Virus genome (UHGV): UHGV-2053560 | Length of the DNA: 15,005 nucleotides | Direction: 5' to 3' (one strand) | Source of the DNA: a virus | In this document: positions 1-7,119 of the stretch, piece after piece | Layout: every line of letters begins with the position of its first letter | Position numbering within the stretch: the first letter of the stretch is position 1 | Position numbers and translations under genes: made by a program | The notes under the pieces: generated by a model | What the model saw: only the letters and a program-made list of their open reading frames with translations | What the model was told of the DNA's origin: nothing | Databases searched by the model: none

Positions 1-1194
1 ATGATCACCGACACAAAGCTCAGGAAGGCGCTCGGCAAGAAAAGAGATGATATCGAGATTATTTCTGATTCGCACGGGCTCAACGCCAGAATCAGCCAGG
101 CCGGAAAAATATCATTTTTCTATCGGTATCGCTGGGCCGGTAAAGCGGTAAAACTCAATGTTGGTGATTATCCTGCAATGAGTATCACCCAGGCAAGAGA
201 GCGTCGCCAACAATTCAGAAACTGGTTAACTGAGGGACTGGATCCGCGAGAGCAGGTGAAGCTGGATAAGCAGACCCGACAGGAAGCGATGTCCGTTGCC
301 GAAGCGTTCAATTACTGGATTGAAAGGCACTGTATCGCTAACGGGCTAGTTAAAGTCGATTACTATCGCCAGGTGTTTGAGAAACATATCGCCGAACCGA
401 TGAAGAATGTCAAAGTCGATAACACAGCGAAAATGCACTGGATCAACGTCTTCGATTCTATAGAAAGCAGGGTGATGGCTCATTACATGCTTTCGCTGTG
501 CAAACGGGCGTTTAGGTTCTGCGTTAACAGAAGTGTGATCGCCTCAAACCCACTCGAGGGATTACTGCCATCTGATGTCGGGCAAAAGCCTAAAAAGAGA
601 ACTCGCAGGATGGACGATGACGATCTGCGCAAAATCTATCAGTGGTTGAAAAGCCATATGTCGATAGAGTCCGTTTTCCTGGTGAAATTTATTATGCTTA
701 CCGGATGCCGTACGGCTGAGATTCGACTTAGTGAGAGATCATGGTTTCGATTGGATGATAATGAGTGGGTCGTGCCTGCGGGCAGTTATAAAACTCGGGT
801 ACATATTAGAAGGGGACTCTCAGACGCCGCCGTTAACCTGGTCAGAAATCACCTCAAGAAAATAAACACCAATCACCTGGTGACTTCACAACGTAAAATT
901 GATGGCGGGATCAAAGATTCGCCCGTTCATTCACCTGTGGCATCCAATTACGCCCGTTCTATTTGGAATGGAACAGGTATGGCAGAGTGGTCGCTTCATG
1001 ATATGAGGCGGACGATAGCCACAAATCTCTCTGAGTTAGGTTGCCCGCCGCACGTAATTGAAAAGCTGCTCGGGCATCAGATGGTGGGGGTTATGGCGCA
1101 TTACAACCTTCATGACTATATCGATGATCAGAAACACTGGCTCCGCGTTTGGCAGAGCCATCTTGAAGAGATCATCGGAGAGCCCTTCAGTTAA
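1..1194 (+). CDS. int: Tyrosine-type site-specific integrase (phage integrase family, P4/CP4-57-like)
   Basis: 397-aa ORF starting at window base 1. N-terminal arm-type region ([10 protein letters not shown]...VGDYP), C-terminal catalytic-like motifs [17 protein letters not shown] and MAHY (candidate catalytic Tyr). Lies at the prophage edge, convergent with an excisionase-like gene. Confidence 0.85.
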
Positions 1195-1388
1195 TTTATC
1201 TTCTTTTTATCCTCCCACTCTTTGATTGACTCAGAGCGCCAGCGGTTAGGGTTGCCGGGCCAGTCAGGGGGTGGGAACGGGCATACGAAGCCCCGAGGCA
1301 TTGTGTCTGCACTTTGCCATGACCAAAGGGTTTTGCGTGAAATTTTGTAGCGACTGGTCAGGTCTGACGTTACCAAAATATCATCCAT
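1191..1388 (-). CDS. xis: AlpA-family excisionase / small DNA-binding protein
   Basis: 65-aa product from ATG at 1388 preceded by GGAGAG (the ORF track extends it to a TTG at 1433). C-terminal [10 protein letters not shown] resembles the AlpA/Xis winged-helix signature. Convergent with int; the TTAA at 1191-1194 supplies the stop codon of both genes. Confidence 0.65.
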
Positions 1389-1429
1389 AGCTCTCTCCAG
1401 TTGCCCGTTCGGGCCATTCAAAATCTTTT

Positions 1430-1813
1430 TCAACCAACCTGCCCGGCCAGGGAGCGGAGACGGCGCATGCCGGTCATCGCTGTGGCCACGTAGCTCGCCT
1501 TTCGGTTCACCACCTCCACCCAGACTTTCACGCCTTCAACCTTCACCGTATAAGTCTCTTTCATCTTGCTTCGCCCATAGTCGCCATATGTTTGCAAGTG
1601 AGCTGCCAGCGCGATGTCGCATGCTTGGCGAGCTAAAGGTGATTGCTTACTTCCTCGATTGATCAGTCGCATATAATCTCCTTGAGGGAGGGTTACCCCT
1701 CCCGGTCTCGTCAGGCCACGTATTCCGGTTTCATTTCCGCGAGCTGTTTTGACCGTGTGTGATTTATTCCCGCAGCGGCATTTGTTGAGCCAGTCAATAG
1801 TGAAAGTTTTCAT
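1430..1813 (-). CDS. Hypothetical protein (127 aa), early-left accessory gene
   Basis: ATG at 1813 overlaps the stop of the upstream gene (ATGA coupling). Non-repetitive protein-like composition; no family recognised by eye. Confidence 0.5.
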   Translation of the reverse strand: MKTFTIDWLNKCRCGNKSHTVKTARGNETGIRGLTRPGGVTLPQGDYMRLINRGSKQSPLARQACDIALAAHLQTYGDYGRSKMKETYTVKVEGVKVWVEVVNRKASYVATAMTGMRRLRSLAGQVG

Positions 1814-2484
1814 GATGCCTCTCCTTTACCTGCTTCGGTGACGTTTATTCCAGCGTTGTGCAGTGCCTCAAGAACCTGATGCTGCCTGTAAACCATTTCA
1901 GTGTGGTAAGGCTCGTCAAAATCGACGCGATGCAACATGCTATAGCATTGCGGAAGCACAACCTCCCGCAACTCCAGCTCAGCAATGCGCTTCTCTGCGG
2001 CTTCCAGCTTCTCGCGCATATCGTCAACGTACTCGACCAGAGATCCGCCAGCAGGAATTTCGCATTCCTCGACCAGTTGGAAGTAGATATCAGCTGCGGC
2101 CCGTGTGTTGCTATGCCTAGCGTCGCCCATCTCACCTTCACGAAGAGCATCGCGTTCGGCGGTAAGATTGGCTATTTTGCTGTCTTTGCCTTCCAGCTCA
2201 ACGCGCAGCCTCCCAACCGTAAGCGCAATATCCTCGTTCTCCTGGTCGCGGCGTTTGATGTATTGCTGGTTTCTTTCCAGTTCATCCAGTAGTGCCAAAG
2301 CAACCTTTGGATTAAAGGCAGCAATAAATTCAGCGTTGTTTTTCAGAACGTGTTGCGCAATGGCTTGGCTACTTAGTCGGACCTCATAACCACGTGCGCC
2401 ACGGTGTGGTTTATATGAGTCCCAGTCTCCCCACGTTGCATTTTCCGCCGCCTCACGCAGTGCCTGATGGTTAATCTCGCTCAT
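1810..2484 (-). CDS. Ea22-like coiled-coil protein
   Basis: 224-aa ORF. N-terminus MSEINHQALREAAENATWGDW resembles the conserved start of prophage ead/Ea22-like proteins as I recall them; central coiled-coil-like heptads (LEAAEKRIAELELRE). Position between the recombination genes and xis matches lambda ea22. Confidence 0.55.
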   Translation of the reverse strand: MSEINHQALREAAENATWGDWDSYKPHRGARGYEVRLSSQAIAQHVLKNNAEFIAAFNPKVALALLDELERNQQYIKRRDQENEDIALTVGRLRVELEGKDSKIANLTAERDALREGEMGDARHSNTRAAADIYFQLVEECEIPAGGSLVEYVDDMREKLEAAEKRIAELELREVVLPQCYSMLHRVDFDEPYHTEMVYRQHQVLEALHNAGINVTEAGKGEAS

Positions 2485-2485
2485 G

Positions 2486-2785
2486 TCACATCACCCTGAA
2501 TCCGTTGCATTTACGTAAAAAATCGCAGATATAGCCCTTCATTTTTTCGTGCCAATCTCGATCATTCCCATTGCACCAACCATCAGGTGGAGTCCAGTTT
2601 TCTATCAGAGCAGCCATTTTCTTTGCTTTTGCAGGAGTAGCTGTTGCGGTATCGCAGTAATGACGAGTGTCAACCAACGCATCCATACCATCGATATCAA
2701 GTACGCAAAACCATGTGTGATTCGGCATTCCAACAGATGGTATTTGTTGCCCACGTCGACGTTTATCAATAAGACATACACTCAC
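2486..2785 (-). CDS. Hypothetical protein (99 aa)
   Basis: ORF-track start at 2785 is a GTG overlapping the upstream stop (GTGA); an in-frame ATG at 2728 is an alternative. Cys/Trp-containing C-terminus; family not recognised. Confidence 0.45.
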   Translation of the reverse strand: MSVCLIDKRRRGQQIPSVGMPNHTWFCVLDIDGMDALVDTRHYCDTATATPAKAKKMAALIENWTPPDGWCNGNDRDWHEKMKGYICDFLRKCNGFRVM

Positions 2786-2967
2786 TGCTTGCCTCCTTTG
2801 CGCAACATCGCATTCAGATATTTGTTGTCATTAACAGAACCGAAACTCTTTCTCTTAAGCAATTCCTCTCTCGATGGCATTGGCTTTACGCGTTGGCGAA
2901 TAATCATTTCTGCCGGAAGAATTCCTGGATTGTATGCAAGTCCTCTCATGGTAAATTCCTCAGTCAT
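2782..2967 (-). CDS. Hypothetical small protein (61 aa)
   Basis: In-frame ATG at 2967 lies inside AATGACTGA, overlapping the stop of the upstream 97-aa gene (translational coupling). The ORF-track N-terminal extension to 3099 would overlap that gene by 140 nt and is rejected. Confidence 0.4.
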   Translation of the reverse strand: MTEEFTMRGLAYNPGILPAEMIIRQRVKPMPSREELLKRKSFGSVNDNKYLNAMLRKGGKQ

Positions 2968-3253
2968 TACTGATAGCGCCATAGCGTGAGCGGTAATTAC
3001 GCAGGCGCGGGTCAATTTCAGGGAAGTGGGTATATGTGGCTTTGCGGAATGGTCGGATTGATGTCTGGTAAATTCGCTCGCGTTCTTCTTTCTCTGCAAG
3101 CCATATACAATGGCGAAATTCCTTTTCCTCTTTCGTTTCCTGCGGTAGCGACATTATCAGGTCGTAGTTTTTTCTGAATTTATCCAGCACCTCCGATACG
3201 GAATTGCCGGAACAGCGGCGCGGGTCATCCGCACCATACAGAGGCGCTGGCAT
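2960..3253 (-). CDS. Hypothetical protein (97 aa)
   Basis: ATG at 3253 preceded by AGGAGA; charged, helical-looking protein; first gene after ssb in the leftward operon. Confidence 0.55.
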   Translation of the reverse strand: MPAPLYGADDPRRCSGNSVSEVLDKFRKNYDLIMSLPQETKEEKEFRHCIWLAEKEERERIYQTSIRPFRKATYTHFPEIDPRLRNYRSRYGAISND

Positions 3254-3266
3254 GATTTTCTCCTGA

Positions 3267-3773
3267 TTAAATTGCGTGAATAGCGTGACGAGGGAAGGGG
3301 AGAGTTACTGGTGCAAAGGGTATATCGTCGTCAAAATCCATCGGAGGTTCGTTGTGTTGTGCTGGTGATGATTGCTGCTGTGGCTTCTGTGATTGCCTGC
3401 TGGCTGCTTGTTGTTTGCTGTCGCCAATGCCGCCAAGCATTTGCATCACGCCATTAATTCCGACATGAACCTCGGTTGTGTAACGGTCTTGTCCTGACTG
3501 GTCTTTCCACTTTCTGGTTCTCAGCATTCCCTCGAAATAAATCTGATCACCTTTTTTCACATACTGCCCCACGACCTCAGCCAGTTTCCCGGATACAGCA
3601 ACACGATGCCATTCAGTCAATTCCTTTTGCTCGCCAGTATTTTTATCTCGCCATTGTTCTGACGTGGCTATTGTCAGGTTAGCGAACGCTGTTCCTGATG
3701 GTGAGTATCGAACTTCCGGGTCTTGTCCTACCCGACCAAGGATAATCACCTTATTTACGCCTCTGCTTGCCAT
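3267..3773 (-). CDS. ssb: Single-stranded DNA-binding protein (SSB), with a 15-aa tail after the canonical DDDIPF
   Basis: N-terminal OB-fold signature [23 protein letters not shown], Gln/Pro-rich linker, acidic tip [10 protein letters not shown], then a further [15 protein letters not shown] before the TAA at 3267-3269. Confidence 0.9.
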   Translation of the reverse strand: MASRGVNKVIILGRVGQDPEVRYSPSGTAFANLTIATSEQWRDKNTGEQKELTEWHRVAVSGKLAEVVGQYVKKGDQIYFEGMLRTRKWKDQSGQDRYTTEVHVGINGVMQMLGGIGDSKQQAASRQSQKPQQQSSPAQHNEPPMDFDDDIPFAPVTLPFPRHAIHAI

Positions 3774-4481
3774 TTATGCCGCCTGTTTTAGTTCGTTAAC
3801 TCTGATGTTCATTACCTGAACGCATTTAGCCTGCGCCTCCTCGTTGCCAGCCATTAATTGCCAGTCACGCTGATAACGCTCGATGAGTTTTTTCTTGTCA
3901 GTTTCTGTTGATGCATAATCGCTGAAGTCTTTCAGGATTTGTTCGCAGTCAACCGATGGAGATTTCTGGTTGGTATTTTCTGGTGATGGTTTGTTATCTG
4001 ATGCTGGGATTGCCCATCCCGGCAGCGATGGAGGGAGCCAGTAAAATCCTGTTCCATCCTTGAGTTTTGCCCTGTGCCATCCCTGCTTTTTATCGAGAGA
4101 TGTTTGTGCGAAACCTTCCTCAAGGTTATACAGATACCGACCGATTCCCCACTGAACGGCAGCGCGCTTCATTGCACCGGAACGACCACCTTTGACGGCT
4201 TCTACCTGCGTGTTTTCAGCAGCATCCCATTTGGTTACCCATTCGGAATCAATCTTGATTGATATGCCGCATTCAACTCCGCCGTTGTTGGGAATATCGC
4301 GGTATTCATTGCGCCATCCTGCTTTGCCGCAAACATCGTCCAGGCGCTTCATGATTGCCCGGTTCGTGACATAAGCCAGCACCATAGCCCACACCTTGCC
4401 ATCGCGTGTTTTACCGCTTTGCTGTATTCGCCATTCGATATCTTCAGGGCTGAATGGCTCATCGAATTTATTCAAATCCAT
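3774..4481 (-). CDS. Rad52/Rad22-family single-strand annealing protein (phage recombinase, Sak-like)
   Basis: 235 aa. Conserved core resembling Rad52_Rad22 (WRNEYRD...GGVECGISIKIDSEWVTKWD...KGGRSGAMKRAAVQWGIGRYLYNL). Its stop (3774-3776) abuts the ssb start (3773). Confidence 0.7.
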   Translation of the reverse strand: MDLNKFDEPFSPEDIEWRIQQSGKTRDGKVWAMVLAYVTNRAIMKRLDDVCGKAGWRNEYRDIPNNGGVECGISIKIDSEWVTKWDAAENTQVEAVKGGRSGAMKRAAVQWGIGRYLYNLEEGFAQTSLDKKQGWHRAKLKDGTGFYWLPPSLPGWAIPASDNKPSPENTNQKSPSVDCEQILKDFSDYASTETDKKKLIERYQRDWQLMAGNEEAQAKCVQVMNIRVNELKQAA

Positions 4482-4489
4482 AATTCACC

Positions 4490-4660
4490 TCAGAATGGAC
4501 ATGGCCCAAGGAAATAACGCTGATTTAATACTTCAGTCTTTGCCGCATTCAAAAATACGCGAACACCTTCACGATCTCCCTTCTGGCGATACATTAACGC
4601 CTGCTGCGTGTACATGCGCCTCTGTAACTTGCTCTCCTTCACTGTGGTTGCAAGTGACAT
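4490..4660 (-). CDS. Small hypothetical protein (56 aa)
   Basis: ATG at 4660 preceded by GAAGGAGA at good spacing; product MSLATTVKESKLQRRMYTQQALMYRQKGDREGVRVFLNAAKTEVLNQRYFLGPCPF. Below the 60-aa ORF-track cutoff, found by manual translation. Confidence 0.35.
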   Translation of the reverse strand: MSLATTVKESKLQRRMYTQQALMYRQKGDREGVRVFLNAAKTEVLNQRYFLGPCPF

Positions 4661-4739
4661 GAATATCTCCTTCGTTACCGATTAATTCTTTCATCTGACG
4701 AATGAATTCTTCGTCTGACCAGTTATCTGTAAAACTCAT
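4569..4739 (-). CDS. Small hypothetical protein (56 aa), in another frame overlapping 4490..4660
   Basis: ATG at 4739 overlaps the stop of the upstream kil-like gene (ATGA). N-terminal half MSFTDNWSDEEFIRQMKELIGNEGDIH looks protein-like; the C-terminal half overlaps the SD-preceded 56-aa ORF and may be out of frame. Confidence 0.3.
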   Translation of the reverse strand: MSFTDNWSDEEFIRQMKELIGNEGDIHVTCNHSEGEQVTEAHVHAAGVNVSPEGRS

Positions 4740-4888
4740 TTCCTGCGATACCATGGAAGGTTGATAGCTGATTTCATCGCTTTATTTGCTTCAAGCCACA
4801 TTTTTGAATCACCAATAAATCTGGCTATTACTGCTTTGTTTTGTGCCGCACGAAGCATCTGGTGATTAATGGCTATTTCATTGCGCAT
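4736..4888 (-). CDS. Kil-like small protein (50 aa), tentative
   Basis: ATG at 4888 preceded by GGAGG; product MRNEIAINHQMLRAAQNKAVIARFIGDSKMWLEANKAMKSAINLPWYRRK. Placed by synteny (directly downstream of the cIII-like gene, as kil is in lambda) and a motif I recall only loosely. Confidence 0.4.
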   Translation of the reverse strand: MRNEIAINHQMLRAAQNKAVIARFIGDSKMWLEANKAMKSAINLPWYRRK

Positions 4889-5007
4889 AACGCCTCCAGT
4901 TGTTTCTTTGCTGCTCTGATTAATTGTTTAACTCGGCGTGATAATTCAGATTCGTGCGGGTAGAAAGCGGACATGACGCCGCTACCCGCGAGCTGAAAGT
5001 GCATCAT
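4873..5007 (-). CDS. cIII: CIII-like small regulator (44 aa), tentative
   Basis: ATG-ATG at 5007 preceded by AAGGAG; product MMHFQLAGSGVMSAFYPHESELSRRVKQLIRAAKKQLEALCAMK has an amphipathic helix similar in pattern to lambda CIII (ESLLERITRKLR...). The ORF-track extension to 5112 runs through a terminator and is rejected. Confidence 0.45.
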   Translation of the reverse strand: MMHFQLAGSGVMSAFYPHESELSRRVKQLIRAAKKQLEALCAMK

Positions 5008-5070
5008 GGGTAACTCCTTATATTTGATTGCATAACGAAAACGCCTCGAGTGAAGCGTTATTGGTATGCA

Positions 5071-5097
5071 TATAAAAAGGCCCTCACACTGGAGGGC
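5071..5097 (-). terminator. Putative rho-independent terminator (tL-like) between the moron gene and the cIII-like gene
   Basis: Stem GCCCTC (5080-5085) / GAGGGC (5092-5097) with a 6-nt loop, followed on the minus strand by CTTTTTATAT. Confidence 0.4.
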
Positions 5098-5201
5098 AAA
5101 GAAGATTTCCAATAATCAGAACAAGTCGGCTCCTGTTTAGTTACGAGCGACATTGCTCCGTGTATTCACTCGTTGGAATGGATACACAGTGCTTATTCGT
5201 A

Positions 5202-5672
5202 CTAATAAAATACCCAATTTTCTGTTTCTTGGTTGTGTCCAAAGTTATATTCAATAACTGGTGTTGATGTATCAATATTTTTCATCCCATCAACAAGAGT
5301 TGATACAACAGCCAAATCTTGTTTTATTCTCATTAAATGGTATTTCTTCCGGCGCAATAAACTTTCAATAGCAAGTTTCTTCGTTGGGAATGCAAAAGAT
5401 CTTTCTGCATTTTTTGCTACTTTCTTAATTGCATATCTATTTCTCCTTTGTTTCCATTCCTGTAACCACTGATTTGGTGCTGGTTTAAAATTAACAACCC
5501 AATGCGCAGGAACCAACCATGCATAATGCTCTGTCTGATGAAAAGCTATATATTGAAGTGCGAATATTTTTATCCCATCTTCTTCAACTGTCGACTGGAA
5601 TCTCCAGAAAACAGGCATTCCATCATGTTCAGTTTCTGATTCAGGAAAAGGTACGCTCCATGATTTTGTCAT
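5202..5672 (-). CDS. Hypothetical protein (156 aa), AT-rich moron in the N-to-cIII interval
   Basis: ATG at 5672 preceded by GAGGTGAGAT; ends in TAG at 5202-5204. Visibly more AT-rich than the flanking genes. Non-repetitive soluble-looking protein; no family recognised. Confidence 0.6.
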   Translation of the reverse strand: MTKSWSVPFPESETEHDGMPVFWRFQSTVEEDGIKIFALQYIAFHQTEHYAWLVPAHWVVNFKPAPNQWLQEWKQRRNRYAIKKVAKNAERSFAFPTKKLAIESLLRRKKYHLMRIKQDLAVVSTLVDGMKNIDTSTPVIEYNFGHNQETENWVFY

Positions 5673-5726
5673 ATCTCACCTCAAATAAGTGGTTTGCTGC
5701 GAAAGTAAATCCGCTTAAGTTACCTG

Positions 5727-5864
5727 TTATTTATCCCACCAAGTTCCGTATCTATCTATCCAGTTACACCAATCATCGACACTCCATTTTGTTGTGTCGC
5801 ATTTTGGCAACTGGCATGAATATCTACCTTCTTTGTAAAGTCGGCGTTTGACTTTCTTGAGCAT
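5727..5864 (-). CDS. Small Cys/Trp-rich hypothetical protein (45 aa)
   Basis: ATG at 5864 preceded by GAGGTGAGCC, which overlaps the N stop codon. Product MLKKVKRRLYKEGRYSCQLPKCDTTKWSVDDWCNWIDRYGTWWDK (3 Cys, 5 Trp). Found by manual translation. Confidence 0.35.
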   Translation of the reverse strand: MLKKVKRRLYKEGRYSCQLPKCDTTKWSVDDWCNWIDRYGTWWDK

Positions 5865-5872
5865 GGCTCACC

Positions 5873-6205
5873 TCAATCGTAATAAGCTGGAATTGATTTT
5901 CCGCGTTGCTTCTGGCGGCCTGAGCATGTCACACCCATTTCACTGCGTGGCTTGCTGTACCATGTGCGCTGATTCTTGCGCTCAATACGTTGCAGGTTGC
6001 TTTCAATCTGTTCGTGGTATTCAGCCAGCACCGTAAGGTCTATCGGATTCAGTGCGCTTTCTACTCGTGATTTCGGTTTGCGATTCAGCGAGAGAATAGG
6101 GCGGTTAACTGGTTTTGCGCTTACCCCAACCAACAGGGGATTTGCTGCTTTCCATTGAGCCTGTTTCTCTGCGCGACGTTCGCGGCGGCGTGTTTGTGCA
6201 TCCAT
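5873..6205 (-). CDS. N: Antitermination protein N
   Basis: Product from ATG at 6205 begins MDAQTRRRERRAEKQAQWKAANPLLVGV, the arginine-rich motif of lambda N as I recall it. SD AGGAG upstream; nutL and pL lie immediately upstream on the same strand. Confidence 0.9.
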   Translation of the reverse strand: MDAQTRRRERRAEKQAQWKAANPLLVGVSAKPVNRPILSLNRKPKSRVESALNPIDLTVLAEYHEQIESNLQRIERKNQRTWYSKPRSEMGVTCSGRQKQRGKSIPAYYD

Positions 6206-6364
6206 CTGGATTCTCCTGTCAGTTAGCTTTGGTGGTGTGTGGCAGTTGTAGTCCTGAACGAAAACCCCCCGCGATTGGCACATTGGCAGCTAATCCGGAA
6301 TCGCACTTCCGGCCAATGCTTCGTTTCGTATCACACACCCCAAAGCCTTCTGCTTTGAATGCTG

Positions 6365-6395
6365 CCCTTCTTCAGGGCTTAATTTTTAAGAGCGT
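6365..6395 (-). promoter_or_regulatory. nutL (boxB hairpin and boxA)
   Basis: Minus-strand GCCCTGAAGAAGGGC (lambda nutL boxB) at 6365-6379 and CGCTCTTAA (boxA) at 6387-6395, between pL and N. Confidence 0.8.
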
Positions 6396-6434
6396 CACCT
6401 TCATGGTGGTCAGTGCGTCCTGCTGATGCGCTCA

Positions 6435-6497
6435 GTATCACCGCCAGTGGTATTTATGTCAACACCGCCAGAGATAATTTATCACCGCAGATGGTTA
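6435..6497 (-). promoter_or_regulatory. pL promoter with operators oL1, oL2, oL3
   Basis: TATCACCGCCAGTGGTA (6437-6453), CAACACCGCCAGAGATA (6461-6477) and TATCACCGCAGATGGTT (6481-6497) match lambda oL1-oL3 as recalled. Minus-strand TTGACA (-35) and GATACT (-10) overlap them. Confidence 0.85.
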
Positions 6498-6640
6498 TCT
6501 GTATGTTTTTTATATGAATTTATTTTTTGCAGGGGGGCATTGTTTGGTAGGTGAGAGATCTGAATTGCTATGTTTAGTGAGTTGTATCTATTTATTTTTC
6601 AATAAATACAATTGGTTATGTGTTTTGGGGGCGATCGTGA

Positions 6641-6669
6641 GGCAAAGAAAACCCGGCGCTGAGGCCGGG
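6641..6669 (-). terminator. Rho-independent terminator immediately after rexB (tIMM-like)
   Basis: Stem CCCGGC (6652-6657) / GCCGGG (6664-6669), loop GCTGAG, followed on the minus strand by TTTTCTTTG. Confidence 0.6.
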
Positions 6670-7104
6670 TTATTCTTGTTCTCTGGTCAAATTATATAGT
6701 TGGAAAACAAGGATGCATATATGAATGAACGATGCAGAGGCAATGCCGATGGCGATAGTGGGTATCATGTAGCCGCTTATGCTGGAAAGAAGCAATAACC
6801 CGCAGAAAAACAAAGCTCCAAGCTCAACAAAACTAAGGGCATAGACAATAACTACCGATGTCATATACCCATACTCTCTAATCTTGGCCAGTCGGCGCGT
6901 TCTGCTTCCGATTAGAAACGTCAAGGCAGCAATCAGGATTGCAATCATGGTTCCTGCATATGATGACAATGTCGCCCCAAGACCATCTCTATGAGCTGAA
7001 AAAGAAACACCAGGAATGTAGTGGCGGAAAAGGAGATAGCAAATGCTTACGATAACGTAAGGAATTATTACTATGTAAACACCAGGCATGATTCTGTTCC
7101 GCAT
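6670..7104 (-). CDS. rexB: RexB, membrane component of the Rex abortive-infection/exclusion system
   Basis: 144 aa, multiple hydrophobic helices, directly downstream of rexA in the cI transcript. Size, position and sequence agree with lambda RexB as I recall it. Confidence 0.9.
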   Translation of the reverse strand: MRNRIMPGVYIVIIPYVIVSICYLLFRHYIPGVSFSAHRDGLGATLSSYAGTMIAILIAALTFLIGSRTRRLAKIREYGYMTSVVIVYALSFVELGALFFCGLLLLSSISGYMIPTIAIGIASASFIHICILVFQLYNLTREQE

Positions 7105-7119
7105 AATTACTCCTGATAA

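Noticed and set aside
1845-2389. Three ORF-track entries (1845..2150 -, 1858..2292 +, 1863..2120 +, 2105..2389 +) inside or antisense to the Ea22-like gene
   Set aside because: Low-complexity, Ser/Leu/Arg-rich translations with no SD-preceded starts; they read like shadow ORFs of the real minus-strand gene.
2549-2989. 146-aa plus-strand ORF antisense to the 99-aa and 61-aa genes
   Set aside because: Its orientation conflicts with the tightly coupled leftward operon and its composition is not protein-like; taken as a shadow ORF.
5233-5851. Plus-strand ORFs (5233..5472, 5519..5851) antisense to the AT-rich moron and the 45-aa ORF
   Set aside because: AT-rich antisense frames giving Phe/Leu/Ile-rich low-complexity products with no ribosome-binding sites; the minus-strand genes have proper SDs.
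5848-6426. Plus-strand ORFs (5848..6036, 5976..6158, 6115..6426) over N, nutL and the pL leader
   Set aside because: They are antisense to the clearly recognisable N gene and cross the nutL/oL regulatory sites; none has a convincing start context.
6514-6699. 61-aa plus-strand ORF in the spacer between oL3 and the rexB terminator
   Set aside because: It crosses the terminator hairpin and into rexB on the opposite strand; more likely non-coding leader or promoter DNA, as in lambda.
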